Of a stretch of 64,000 bases of DNA, positions 1 to 10,047 are shown piece after piece. Under the pieces are notes generated by a model. The model was not told the origin of the DNA. It saw only the letters and a list, made by a program, of their open reading frames with translations, and made no database searches. The DNA is from an uncultured Solirubrobacterales bacterium (GTDB taxonomy: Bacteria > Actinomycetota > Thermoleophilia > Solirubrobacterales > Solirubrobacteraceae), in the NCBI GenBank assembly GCA_963754375.1, contig CAVWFX010000012.1, positions 7,630 to 71,629 of the forward strand, read 5' to 3'. Position numbers and translations under genes: made by a program. Positions within the stretch are counted from its first letter, which is position 1. Every line of letters starts with the position of its first letter.

Positions 1-61
1 GGCGCCGCCAACCTATCGCCTCGACGTTGGTTCCTCGGCGCATGATCGTAGAGTTGCCTCT

Positions 62-1399
62 GTGAGTGAGCTAAAGAACCGTGTCCACGACATCCTGCCC
101 AGCCTGATCGGCGACCTTCAGGATCTCGTCAGAATCCAGTCCGTCAGCGCCGACCCCGAGCGCCTCCCCGAAGTGGATAAATCCGCGCAGAAGACGGCCC
201 AGTTGCTGGCCGCCGAGGGTGTCGAGGCCGAGATCGTCCGGGCCTACGATGGCGCGCCGCCGGCCGTGATTGGCGAGCGGAAGGGACCCGAGGGCGCTCC
301 GGTCGTCCTGCTCTACGCCCACCACGATGTCCAGCCGGAGAACGACCCGGCCGACTGGGACAGCCCGCCGTTCGAGCCCACCGTCCGCGGCGACCGCCTC
401 TACGGCCGGGGCGCGGCCGACGACAAGGCAGGGATCGCGGTACACGTGGGCGCGCTCCGCGCCCTGGGCTCCGCATTGCCGGTTACCGTGCGGTTCTTCA
501 TCGAGGGCGAGGAAGAGGTCTCCTCCGAGACCCTCCCCGAGTTGCTGCGGCAGTACCGCGACCGTCTCGCGGCCGACGTCATCGTGATCGCGGACGCGGG
601 AAACTGGGACATCGGCGTGCCGTCGCTGACGACCAGCCTGCGCGGCCTGATCCGGGTGGACGTGGAGGTGCGCACGCTGACGCACGCCGTCCACTCCGGG
701 ATGTGGGGCGGCCTCGTCCCGGATGCCATCATGACGCTCACGAAGCTGCTGGCGACGCTGTGGACTGAGGACGGCAGCCCGGCCGTCGAAGGCCTCACCT
801 GGACCGTCGCCGCCGACGTGGACTACCCCGAGGAACGGCTGCGGGCCGAGTCGGGCGCCGCGTCGGCGACGCAATGGATCGGGTCCGGCTCCGCCGTCGA
901 GAAACTGTGGGCTCGGCCCGCCATCACGGTCACCGGCTTGGACGCCCCCAAGGTCGCCGGCGCCTCCAACACCCTCACCCCGGTCGCCCGCGCCCGGGTC
1001 ACGATCCGCCTTGCACCCGGTGACACCAGCGCGAACGCCCTTGCCCGGCTCCAGGAGCACCTGGAGAAGAACGTCCCGTGGGGCGCCCAGCTCACGACCA
1101 CGGTCGTCGACGCGGGCGAGCCGACCGTGCTGCCGACGACCGGGCCGGCGTACGCCGCTGCCCGCTCGGCCCTGGCCGAGGCCTGGGACGGCGTGGCCCC
1201 GGTCGACATGGGCACCGGCGGCTCCATCCCGTTCATCGCGGAGTTCCAGGAGACCTTCCCGGGCGCGAGCATCCTCGTCACCGGCGTCGAGGACCCCGAC
1301 ACTCGCGCGCACGGGCCGAACGAGGGACTTCACCTACCGGAGTTCGAGCGTGCCGTCCTGGCCGAGGCCCTGCTGCTTCAGCGCCTGGGCGGCGTCTAG
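62..1399 (+). CDS. M20/M25/M40 family metallo-dipeptidase
   Basis: Motifs LLYAHHDVQP, LYGRGAADDKAG, IEGEEE, HSGMWGG, GGSIPF, AHGPNE. Confidence 0.93.
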   Translation: MSELKNRVHDILPSLIGDLQDLVRIQSVSADPERLPEVDKSAQKTAQLLAAEGVEAEIVRAYDGAPPAVIGERKGPEGAPVVLLYAHHDVQPENDPADWDSPPFEPTVRGDRLYGRGAADDKAGIAVHVGALRALGSALPVTVRFFIEGEEEVSSETLPELLRQYRDRLAADVIVIADAGNWDIGVPSLTTSLRGLIRVDVEVRTLTHAVHSGMWGGLVPDAIMTLTKLLATLWTEDGSPAVEGLTWTVAADVDYPEERLRAESGAASATQWIGSGSAVEKLWARPAITVTGLDAPKVAGASNTLTPVARARVTIRLAPGDTSANALARLQEHLEKNVPWGAQLTTTVVDAGEPTVLPTTGPAYAAARSALAEAWDGVAPVDMGTGGSIPFIAEFQETFPGASILVTGVEDPDTRAHGPNEGLHLPEFERAVLAEALLLQRLGGV

Positions 1400-3744
1400 T
1401 CAGGTTGGGTATCGCTTGGGTTCTTGGGTGTAGGTCCGGCCGCTGGGGGTTTCCCATTGGTGCCAGCCGGGTTTGGGCTGGGTGACTTTCCAGCCGGGTG
1501 TTTGTTTGACCTGGTGGCAGGCGCGGCTTCGTGCTCCGGCGTTGCAGCCGCACGTCCTGCCGCCCTGGTCGTAGGGGACGGCGTGGTCGAAGTCGCTGTC
1601 TTTGGCGTGGCGGGAGCAGGTCGGGAGGGTGCACTCGGCGTCGCGGATCTGGACCAGGTGGCGGAGCATGGCGTTGGGCTGGTAGGCGTGTGATTCCCGG
1701 CGGTGGTCGCAGTGGCGGGTGGGGACGGGCTCGAGGGGCACCTGGTACTGCAGGCCGCTGGGCAGGGTGATGGTCCAGGTGCGGCACCAGGGCGGGTCGC
1801 CCGGCGGTCCGGGCGGGCCGGGGGCGGCGCTTTCGGCCAGGGCCCAGCCGGACTGCGGCGCGGGGCCGGGCGGGCGGCCGGGCGGGCGGGGGCGTGCGGC
1901 CGGCTCGAGTAGCTGCGTCAGCCGGGCGGCGGTGATGGTGAGGTTGAGGCGGGCGGGCAGGGCGGTCAGGGGCGGGTCGGGCGCGCCTGGGAGGGGCGCT
2001 TTCCCGCGGCCGGCCCGGAGGCAGCCGTGGCCGATGGCGTAGCCGTGCTCGTCGGTGACGGTGACGCAGGCGGTGGTGTGGGGGCTGGCGGCGGTGAGCG
2101 CGGCCAGGGCGCGGCACAGGGCGGGGTCGAGGGGGCCGAAGCCGTGGCTCTCGCCGGGCCGTGCCGGCGGGCCGAGGAGGGTGGCCAGGGGGATGGTCAG
2201 GTCGGTGAGGCTGGGCGGGGCCGGGGAGGACGGCGACGTCGACCACGGCGACCTCGGCTGCGGCGGGGGCTCCGGTGACGGCGGGGGCTCCGGTGACGGC
2301 CGGGGCGCGGCCGGCCCCGAGCCGGGGTCGCCGTCGTGCGGGCCGTCGTCGCCAGGACCGTAGTCAGGCTCGTCACCCTCGGGCTCGTCACCCTCGGGCT
2401 CGTCACCGTCAGGATCGTCACGCCGTCACCGGGATCGTCACCGTCAGGATCGTCACCGTCAGGATCGTCACCGTCAGGATCGTCACCGTCAGGATCGTCA
2501 TCACCGGGATCGCCGTCGTCGGGTTCGCCGTCATCGTCGGCGGGGGGCGCGCACCGGCCGTCGCACTCGCGGCAGGGGCAGTCCGACCCGCCGCTGCCGG
2601 CCGGCGCGGGCGCGCCCGGGTCGTCCGGCTCCGGCTCGTCCCGGAACGCGGACTCCCCCGGCGCGCCCAGGCCCTCCTTCGGCGGGCCCGCCGCGATCCG
2701 CGCCTCGGCGCTGATCTCGTTCATCAAGTCGAGGTAGGCCATGGCGCGGAACTGGTCCGTCAGCACCCCCGGGAACGCCCCCGAGTCCTGGTAGACCTGC
2801 GCCCGGGCGCACGTCGCGGCGTGCGCGGCCAGCGTCTCGGCCGGGGGCAGGTCGCAGCCCGACAGGCTCGCCGCGCCGGAGCGCTCGCGCTTGAGGATCA
2901 CCCTCGCCCGGTTCCGCTCGGCGTGCTCCCGCGTCCGCTCCGCAAGGTCCGGGTCGACCGTGATCGCGGCCCGGGCGGCGATCTTGTCGACCTGCCCGTA
3001 GGTCTTCCCCGCCACGCGGGGGGCGATCATCGCCTCCGCCGCCGCCTTGTCCGCCTCGCTCAGCAGCTCGAGCGCGTCGTTGACCGCCCGCGCCTTGGGA
3101 TAGGTGAGCGTCCCGTCCTCCAGGAGCGCGCCGATGCCCGGCAGCAGCGCGCCGAGATCCCACGCGGTCTGCATGAGGATCCCGGCCGAGACCGGGCTCA
3201 CCGCCAGCGCGAGCCCGACGTCGGTCGTCAGCGACTTCGACCAGGCGTCGGGCAGGTCCCCGTGGTAATCACCGCCGCCAAGCCCGTCGTCGTCCTCCCG
3301 GATCGCCGCCCGGATCAGGCCCAGCTTGGCCGCGCACGCCCACGACTCCAGCGCCGCCGCCGCCCGCACCGCCCCCACGATCTCCGCGCGCGACCCGCCC
3401 TCGCACCGCCACCCCGCCCCCGCAGCGGCCTCGAGCGCCGCCGCCAGGGCAGCCGACGGGCGACGCGAGTCCCACACCCCGCCCTTCACGAAACCGGCCA
3501 GGCCCGGATCGGGCGTCCCGGTCTGCCCGGAACGCGGTGGCCCGCCGGACGGCGCGTCCGGGTCCGGACTCGAGCTGCCGGGCCCGGACGTAGCCGAGCC
3601 CTCGGCCGAGGGGGTGGGGTCGGGACCGGGGTCGGGGGTCGCGCCGCCGGGCGGCCCGGGGTTCGGCACGGGCTCCTCGCCCGCCCCGCTCCCCTCGCCC
3701 GGCTGCCGCCCCATCAGCTCCCCCAAGTTGATCTTGGAATACAC
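1400..3744 (-). CDS. DUF222 / HNH endonuclease domain protein (13E12-repeat-like), frameshifted near 2360-2420
   Basis: N-terminal ORF 2197..3744 has DUF222-like helices. The C-terminal frame ending at 1400 has RDAECTLPTC...DFDHAVPYDQGGRTCGCN...CHQVKQTPGW (HNH). The break lies in a low-complexity repeat. Confidence 0.8.
2400..2520. repeat. 15-bp tandem repeat (gtcaccgtcaggatc) encoding GDDPD units inside the DUF222 gene
   Basis: Repeats are visible in the sequence; translation DDPDGDDPDGDDPDG. Confidence 0.85.
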
Positions 3745-3750
3745 GTTCTA
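3735..3750. promoter_or_regulatory. Possible degenerate actinobacterial LexA (SOS) box at the DUF222 gene start
   Basis: tggaatacacgttcta versus consensus TCGAAC-N4-GTTCGA (3 mismatches); DUF222-HNH genes are often DNA-damage inducible. Confidence 0.25.
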
Positions 3751-3946
3751 ATACTTGAACGCTATCACCGGGCACCGACAATCCAGGCTTACGGACGGGT
3801 CGCTTTCGGGATTTTTTTCGGCGAATTATCAGATGCTTAGGAACAATCGAACCTGTGAGCATGATGTGGTTCGCGAGACGCGGGACCTAGCCTCAATGTG
3901 GGACGGGCCGTACCGGGGCGGCGTCCCAGCGCGCCCTAGAGGTGCC

Positions 3947-4116
3947 CTAGAGGACGCAGAACTCGTTGCCCTCCGGGTCGGCCATGACGACACTCTTCCC
4001 CACGTCGCGGACCCCGCGGGCGGCGCGCCGCCCACCTAGCCGAGGGCCTGGCACCAGAACGCCGCCAGCGCGGCCGGGTCGGCGCAGTCGAACGTTATCG
4101 TCCATGCCGTGCTCAT
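3947..4116 (-). pseudogene. VOC/glyoxalase family remnant
   Basis: N-terminal MSTAWTITFDCADPAALAAFWCQALG then stop; C-terminal VVMADPEGNEFCVL in another frame; middle missing. Confidence 0.75.
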
Positions 4117-4243
4117 CACGCGCTCCTGTGAACTCGAGACCGTGCGGCAAACCCCGTCCCGGGGACGGTCCTCAGTACTGTCGTACGGCCAGGCGATGCC
4201 TGCGATGCCTGTCCAACGGGGCCGCCTGACTGGAGGGTTGCCC

Positions 4244-4783
4244 TTATTTCGTGTCGTGGTCTGCACCGGCAACGCGGGCACTGCGTGTGTAGCGGAGCAT
4301 CTCGGTTCCGTCGTCGTCCGTGACGGTGCCTGCCTGGGCGAAGCCTGCGGCTTCGGCGACGCGCCGTGAGGCGTGGTTGTCGAGGGCGACGTGCGCTTGC
4401 AGCCGGGTGACGCCGATCGAGGCGGCGTAGCCGACGAGCAGGGTCAGGGCGCAACGCGCGTGTCCCCGGCCTCGCTGTCCGGCGTGGGTCCAGTAGGACA
4501 CCTCCCCGGTGCCGTCGGGGCCGATGCGCAGCTCGCAGCCGCCGACCAGGTTACCCGATCCCGGGTCACGGGCCGCGAACGCCCGCACCGGGCCGTCGTC
4601 CTGCCAGTACCTAGCCCAGTCCGCGTACGCGGCCCGGACTGTCTCCTCGGTCGAGTGCGCCGGCCACCAGCCGAAGCGGCGCGCGGTTTCCTCGTCCTCG
4701 CCGGCCGCGTGCGCCGCGGCCTCGTTGTCGATGTGCGCGCTGAGGACGATGCGGTCACCGCGCAGTTCGGGAACTGCCGTCAC
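4244..4783 (-). CDS. GNAT family N-acetyltransferase (RimJ/RimL-like)
   Basis: GEVSYWTHAGQRGRGHA and DNHASRRVAEAAGF; GTG start at 4783 within a longer ORF. Confidence 0.85.
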   Translation of the reverse strand: MTAVPELRGDRIVLSAHIDNEAAAHAAGEDEETARRFGWWPAHSTEETVRAAYADWARYWQDDGPVRAFAARDPGSGNLVGGCELRIGPDGTGEVSYWTHAGQRGRGHARCALTLLVGYAASIGVTRLQAHVALDNHASRRVAEAAGFAQAGTVTDDDGTEMLRYTRSARVAGADHDTK

Positions 4784-4988
4784 CAGATCATGGTGCAGCG
4801 TTCGCCTGCCGTCCCGCACCGGGTTTTCTGGCCGATGGCTGGATCCGGGCGGCGAGCACGTGCCCGGTGAGCCTGCCCGAAAGTCAGACCCGCCAGATAA
4901 GTATTGAGCAGGTCCGCCGGGGCATCCGCGCGGTTGCGTCGTGACCCGGCGATCTTCGAAGACGGCATGCACACGACCAGGGAGAACA

Positions 4989-5420
4989 ATGCCTGTCCGA
5001 TACCAACTGGTGATCAACTGCGCCGACCCGGACCTGCTGGCCCGGTTCTGGGCTGCTGCCCTCGGATATGAGCTCGAGCCTCCGCCGGAGGGCTTCGCGA
5101 CCTGGGACGACTGGCGGCGCGACAAGGGGCTGCTCGAGACCGTGGGAGTCGGCGCCGACAGCATCATCGACCCCGAGGGCCGCGCGCCCCGCATCTGGTT
5201 CCAGGTATCGCCGGACGGGAAGACGGCGCCGAACCGGCTGCACCTCGACATCAACGCCAGCGGCGGCTGGACGCTTCCGGCCGCGACCCGCAAGGAGCGC
5301 ATCGACGCGGCGGTGCGACGGCTTTGCGAGCTCGGCGCCACCGTGGTCGCGACCGGAGACCCCGAGTTCTACGCGGTGGGGATGAAAGACCCGGAGGGCA
5401 ACGAGTTCGACATCAACTGA
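4989..5420 (+). CDS. VOC family protein (glyoxalase-like)
   Basis: INCADPDLLARFWAAALGY, NRLHLDI, MKDPEGNEFDI; RBS ggaga before ATG 4989. Confidence 0.9.
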   Translation: MPVRYQLVINCADPDLLARFWAAALGYELEPPPEGFATWDDWRRDKGLLETVGVGADSIIDPEGRAPRIWFQVSPDGKTAPNRLHLDINASGGWTLPAATRKERIDAAVRRLCELGATVVATGDPEFYAVGMKDPEGNEFDIN

Positions 5421-5500
5421 CGACGAGCGGGAGTGCCCGCAGCCGACAGGCGTACCGGTCGGCCGGCGAGCGGCCCGCATAGGCAAGGCAAGATGTCGGC

Positions 5501-6598
5501 ATGGAAACCGAGTCGTTCCTTGCCGCGGCGTCGGAGTTGCTGGCCATTCAGTCAACCGCCGACCGCCCGACTGACCTCAACAAGGCGCTCAATTTCGCGC
5601 TGGACTTCGCCGGCCCCGGCTTCACCGTCGAGCGATTCGAGTCCGGCGGTAAGCCGAGCGCGCTCCTATACGTTGGCACGGACCGACCGCAACGGTTCCG
5701 GATCATCCTCAACGCGCATCTCGACGTGGTGCCTGCCTCGCCCGCCCAGTTCCGCCCGCGCCGCGAGGGGGACCGCCTCTACGCCCGCGGCGCGCAGGAC
5801 ATGAAGGTGTCCGCGCTCGTCCAGGCACAGGTTTTCCGCGAGCTGGCCCACGCCGCGCACTACCCGCTGGCATTGCAGCTGGTCACCGACGAGGAGGTCG
5901 GCGGGCGCGACGGCACCCTGCATCAGATCAACCAGGGCGTCAGCGGTGAGTTCGTCGTCATCGGCGAGCACAGCGGGCTGCGCATCGTGACCGACTCCAA
6001 GGGAATGTTCACCGCCACCCTGCGGGCGGTCGGCCGCGGCGGCCACAGCGCCTACCCCTGGCTCGGCGATAACGCCCTCGTGAAGCTGCACCGAACGCTG
6101 GAACGGCTGCTGGCCGCCTACCCCGTCCCGACCGAGGAGGCGTGGCGGACGACGGTCAACGTGGCCAGGATCGAAACCCCCAACCAGGCCCGCAACCAGA
6201 TCCCGGCCGAAGCGGAGGCCTGGCTCGATATCCGCTTCCCGCCCGAGGACGGCGACCTGAACGGCAAGACGGCGGAGGAGATCGCCGAGTACCTGGCGAC
6301 CTTCTGCGAACCCGGCGTCACCCCCGCGGTCGATCTCGCCGACCCGCCACACCACGCCAACCGGGACCGCCCGGAGATCGGCAGGCTGAGGGAGGCCGCA
6401 AACGCCCAGGGGTACCGGGCTGATTTCCTGCGCAAGCACGGCGCCGCCGACGGGCGCTTTTACTACCAGCGGGGCGTCGACGCCGTCATCTTCGGCATCG
6501 GCGGGGACGGGCAGCACGGCCCCGACGAGTACGCCGACACGACGACCATCGCCGCGTACTACCGGGCGCTGACGGACTTCCTCGGCGATCCGGGATAG
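5501..6598 (+). CDS. M20 family metallopeptidase (ArgE/DapE-like)
   Basis: LNAHLDVVP, YARGAQDMK, TDEEVGG, GGHSAYPW, QHGPDEY. Confidence 0.9.
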   Translation: METESFLAAASELLAIQSTADRPTDLNKALNFALDFAGPGFTVERFESGGKPSALLYVGTDRPQRFRIILNAHLDVVPASPAQFRPRREGDRLYARGAQDMKVSALVQAQVFRELAHAAHYPLALQLVTDEEVGGRDGTLHQINQGVSGEFVVIGEHSGLRIVTDSKGMFTATLRAVGRGGHSAYPWLGDNALVKLHRTLERLLAAYPVPTEEAWRTTVNVARIETPNQARNQIPAEAEAWLDIRFPPEDGDLNGKTAEEIAEYLATFCEPGVTPAVDLADPPHHANRDRPEIGRLREAANAQGYRADFLRKHGAADGRFYYQRGVDAVIFGIGGDGQHGPDEYADTTTIAAYYRALTDFLGDPG

Positions 6599-6611
6599 CA
6601 GGAAGGCTGGC

Positions 6612-7124
6612 TCAGCCACACTTACGCAGCACTACGTCCATCGACGGGGTCCAGGTCACGCCGTCGGCGCTCGACTCGTGATGCGCGACCTGGGTCATGC
6701 CGCCGTCGGTCATCGTCACCGTGCAGCGCGTCCGGCCGTCGACGCCGATCCACCGGTGCACATCGCCGTCGATCTCCAGCCGGGAGCGGTGCACGTTGCC
6801 GAAGCTGTCATAGAACGTGTCGTCGTACGCGTCGCCGTCGACGCCGATGATCGAGATGCCGCCGACGCTGGTGTCACCGATCTTCCCGAAGGCCGTGTGG
6901 ACGACGAAGAAACCGCCCGGCACCCATTCGTACACATCGCTGGTCCGGATCGGAACCGACGGGATGTCCCCGGCCGCGATCGTGGCCCCCTCATTGATCC
7001 AGTTGCCGATCAGCACCGCCAGCGCCTGGTGGCGGCCGTCGCGGACGGGCACCGCCCGGTCGGTCTTCTCCATCCCGGCGGCGACGCTCACGACGCGGGC
7101 GGACTCGGCGGAACTGTGCGACAT
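6612..7124 (-). CDS. DUF1579-like hypothetical protein
   Basis: LAVLIGNWINEG, YEWVPGGFFVVH, FYDSFGN, SADGVTWTPSMDVVL pattern. Confidence 0.7.
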   Translation of the reverse strand: MSHSSAESARVVSVAAGMEKTDRAVPVRDGRHQALAVLIGNWINEGATIAAGDIPSVPIRTSDVYEWVPGGFFVVHTAFGKIGDTSVGGISIIGVDGDAYDDTFYDSFGNVHRSRLEIDGDVHRWIGVDGRTRCTVTMTDGGMTQVAHHESSADGVTWTPSMDVVLRKCG

Positions 7125-7259
7125 CGGAACTCCTCAGGAAGGGTGTGCGACGATTCACCCTAGGGTCGGAGCCGTCACGACCTTCTTGACATCACGCGTC
7201 TCGCGTCTCGCGTCTCGCGTTGTTGGCGTTTCGGAGTTCCGGAGTTCCGCGTCCCGATC

Positions 7260-7575
7260 ACGCGTACCGCAGTCCCGTGCTTCAACGCCTCGCGCTTCTG
7301 AGTCCCCCGCTTCAGCGCCCCCAGCCGCAGCGTCCCCCGCTTCAGCGTCCCCCGCTTCAGCGTCCCGCGGCTCGCCGTCTTGTGCGTCGCAGGCTTGCGC
7401 GCCCGAACCTCATGCGCCGCCGTCTTGCGCACCGCCGTCTTACGCACCGCCGCCTGCCGCACCGCCGTCTTACGCACCGGAGCCTCAAGCGCCGCTGTCT
7501 TGCGCGTCGCCGTTCCGTGCCTCAAGACCCCGCGCCTCAAGGCCCCCTTCCTCAAGACCCCCTGCCTCGACACCG
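7260..7575. repeat. Degenerate 15-bp periodic repeat tract
   Basis: Units such as cgcttcagcgtcccc, cgccgtcttacgcac, caagaccccgcgcct in 15-nt register; also (gcgtctc)3 at about 7196-7216. Confidence 0.75.
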
Positions 7576-7746
7576 CGAGGAACAACCGGCCGTTAGCGTG
7601 CGCGCAGCTTCCCGAGTGAGTGGCAATAGCTCTCGCCGGCAGCAGCCGCCGGACGGCCGCAAGCAGGGCGCAGTTCCGGTCGACCCGGTCCAGGGTCGAG
7701 CCGCGCCAGAGCACCTCCACCACCAGGTTGTTGCACCAGTAACCGG

Positions 7747-8085
7747 TCAAGGCAAAACCCTGCTTGACGCCCGCGCCCGCGCCGCATCGGCGGAGAAGGT
7801 GATGTGGTACTCCTGCGCGTTCTCCGCGCAGATGTACCGAAGGTTGGCCCGCGGCAGGCCCTCGACGATCTGGTCGATTCGCGCCGCGGACACGCCGTCC
7901 AAATCGACGGAGACCGCACCGGACGTGTGACCGCTGATGTTGCTGGTGGCATACCCGGTTACCTGCGCCCGGTCCAGCTCGGTGGACGGCCCGACCGCGC
8001 TCTCCTTGAGCATGAAAAATCCGCCGACCCCAGCCACCACCAGCACCGCGCCAACCACAGCAAGAATCCGTCTGTACATCGTCAT
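7747..8085 (-). CDS. Hypothetical secreted/membrane-anchored protein, probably continuing by frameshift into ORF 7175..7750
   Basis: N-terminal hydrophobic helix RRILAVVGAVLVVAGVGG; Cys-containing sequence continues in the adjacent frame (GYWCNN...RNCALL). Confidence 0.55.
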   Translation of the reverse strand: MTMYRRILAVVGAVLVVAGVGGFFMLKESAVGPSTELDRAQVTGYATSNISGHTSGAVSVDLDGVSAARIDQIVEGLPRANLRYICAENAQEYHITFSADAARARASSRVLP

Positions 8086-8143
8086 GACGATTGGACGCTC
8101 CAGGGAGGCGGCGGTGCCCGCGAATTCGCGCCTTCAGACGATC

Positions 8144-8192
8144 TCATACCTTGCGGAGTTCTCGCGCGATAACCATCCGCTGAATCTGATTG
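8144..8192 (-). repeat. Displaced copy of the acyl-CoA dehydrogenase 3' end (att-like direct repeat, left island boundary)
   Basis: Minus strand encodes [15 protein letters not shown]; 20-bp core cgcgcgataaccatccgctg at 8163-8182 is identical to 28364-28383. Confidence 0.9.
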
Positions 8193-8396
8193 CCGCGCGG
8201 TTGACCCGCGGCGCGGCCGCCGGCCAAGATTAACGTGGCGCGGTTCGACGCCGAGGCCGGCGGCCCTTCCCCAGCGGGGCGCTGTCAGGCCGAAGGGGGG
8301 CACACTCCCGGGCCGGTACCGCATAGCACCAGACTTCCGTCTGGCCGGCTCCGCATCGGGGCGCTGGGGCGACCGTCGAGGCGGAGGTTGTTTCCC

Positions 8397-9704
8397 GTGC
8401 CCCTGAACAAGGACCTCAAACGGCTGGTCCGCGCCCGCATGGCGGCGACCGGCGAGACCTACACCCAGGCGCTGACCGCGCTGCTCAGCGAGACCGGTGA
8501 GCTGCACGGCGCCATGGTCGATCAGGTCGTTGCGGAGCTCGGGGGCGGGCTGCCGCCGTCCGTGGTGGCCGCGCTGCGGGCCGTGCCACGCCACCTGTTC
8601 ACGCCCGGTGTGCCGGTGACCAGGGCGTATGAAGACATCTATACCTCCATCGTCACTAAGAGAAGCGAGCGCGGCACGTCACTCAGCTCGGTGTCGGCGC
8701 CGTGGATCGTGGCGGGCATGCTCGCCCAGCTCGACGTGCGCCCCGGCCAGTCGGTGCTCGAGATCGGCAGCGGCGGCTACCAGGCCGCCCTGCTGCGGGA
8801 GCTCGTCGGCCCGCACGGCTCGGTGACCACGGTCGACATCGACCCGGAGGCCATCGCCCGTGCCCGGGAGTGCCTGGAGCTGGCCGGGTACGACGACGTG
8901 CGGATCATCTGCTCGGACGGGGAGTACGGCGCGCCCGGGCACGGCCCGTTCGACAGGATCATCATCGCGGTGCAGGCCTGGGACATCCCGCCGGCCTGGA
9001 CCGAGCAGCTCGCCCCGGGCGGCCGGCTCGTGACCCCGCTGCTGACCCAGGGGGTGTCCAGGTCGTGGGCGCTTGACCGCGAGGACGGGCACCTGGTGAG
9101 CCGCAGCACCGGGCCGGCCGGGTTCGTGCCGATGCAGGGCGCCGGGAGGAACCGCCGCCGGTGGTCGGCCCCGCTGGACGAGACCGGCGCGTTCCTGTGG
9201 GGGGACGAGGCCGCCGACGTGGACCATGCGGCGCTGGCCGGAGTGCTGGCCAGCGAACGCGCCGAAGCCTGGACCGGCGTCATTTTCCAGCTGGGCGCGC
9301 CGATCACGGGCCCGGAGCTGTGGCTGGCCACCGATCCGGACATGTGCTGGCTCAAGGCCACCAAGGACAGCGTTGACCGGGGCCTGGTCACCGGGACCTG
9401 GACGATGAACATCGCCGCGCTGGCCAGCGGCGGCAGCCTCGCCTACCGCGCCCGGCTGCGCCCGCTCGACGACGAGGGCACGGCCTTCGAGTACGGCGCC
9501 TACGGGCACGGCCCGAACGGCGCGCAACTCGCCGAGCGGCTAGCCCGCCACATCCGGACCTGGGACCGGGACCACCGCGCCGGCCCCGGCCCGGTCCTGA
9601 CCGTCCATCCCGCCGGCACACCGGACGGCGACCTTCCCAGCGGGCGCGTCCTACGCAAGCCCCATACCACGATGGTGCTGACCTGGCCCGAGGCCGCCCG
9701 ATAG
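8397..9704 (+). CDS. FxLD-system-type methyltransferase (protein-L-isoaspartate O-methyltransferase-like with C-terminal extension)
   Basis: AVPRHLFTP, SSVSAPWIVAGML, VLEIGSGGYQAALL, GPFDRII, GFVPMQG, GAYGHGPNGAQLA; RBS ggagg before GTG 8397. Confidence 0.85.
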   Translation: MPLNKDLKRLVRARMAATGETYTQALTALLSETGELHGAMVDQVVAELGGGLPPSVVAALRAVPRHLFTPGVPVTRAYEDIYTSIVTKRSERGTSLSSVSAPWIVAGMLAQLDVRPGQSVLEIGSGGYQAALLRELVGPHGSVTTVDIDPEAIARARECLELAGYDDVRIICSDGEYGAPGHGPFDRIIIAVQAWDIPPAWTEQLAPGGRLVTPLLTQGVSRSWALDREDGHLVSRSTGPAGFVPMQGAGRNRRRWSAPLDETGAFLWGDEAADVDHAALAGVLASERAEAWTGVIFQLGAPITGPELWLATDPDMCWLKATKDSVDRGLVTGTWTMNIAALASGGSLAYRARLRPLDDEGTAFEYGAYGHGPNGAQLAERLARHIRTWDRDHRAGPGPVLTVHPAGTPDGDLPSGRVLRKPHTTMVLTWPEAAR

Positions 9705-9749
9705 GCGCGACGCCGGAGAATCCCGGCGGCCCTTTGCACGTCTACGTGA

Positions 9750-10042
9750 TCCGAGAATGACCGGTAGCCCACGATGGTGCTGTCCGTGCCGAGATGGTGA
9801 TTAAGCCACGCCTCGGCTTCCGCGCGGAAGGTTACCCGTCCGGCATTGGGGTCGATGAAGACGTGGGCCTTCTTGTCGTGCTCGACCTTGAGCAGGAAGT
9901 CCTCGGCCTCGTGCAGGTCGCCGCCGAAGGACTGCTCGCGCTGCCTGCTCGTCCGCCCGCCTTGCGTGCGGTAGCGGACGACCCACGGGTGCGGGCACTT
10001 GCCCCAGCCGTCGCAGTCGCAGCGCTTGATGATGCTGGCCAT
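9750..10042 (-). pseudogene. Tyrosine integrase N-terminal fragment
   Basis: MASIIKRCDC...HPWVVRYR...QREQSF...AEDFLLKVEHDK...FIDPNAGRVTFRAEAEAWL, then truncated with no catalytic domain. Confidence 0.75.
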
Positions 10043-10047
10043 GATGG

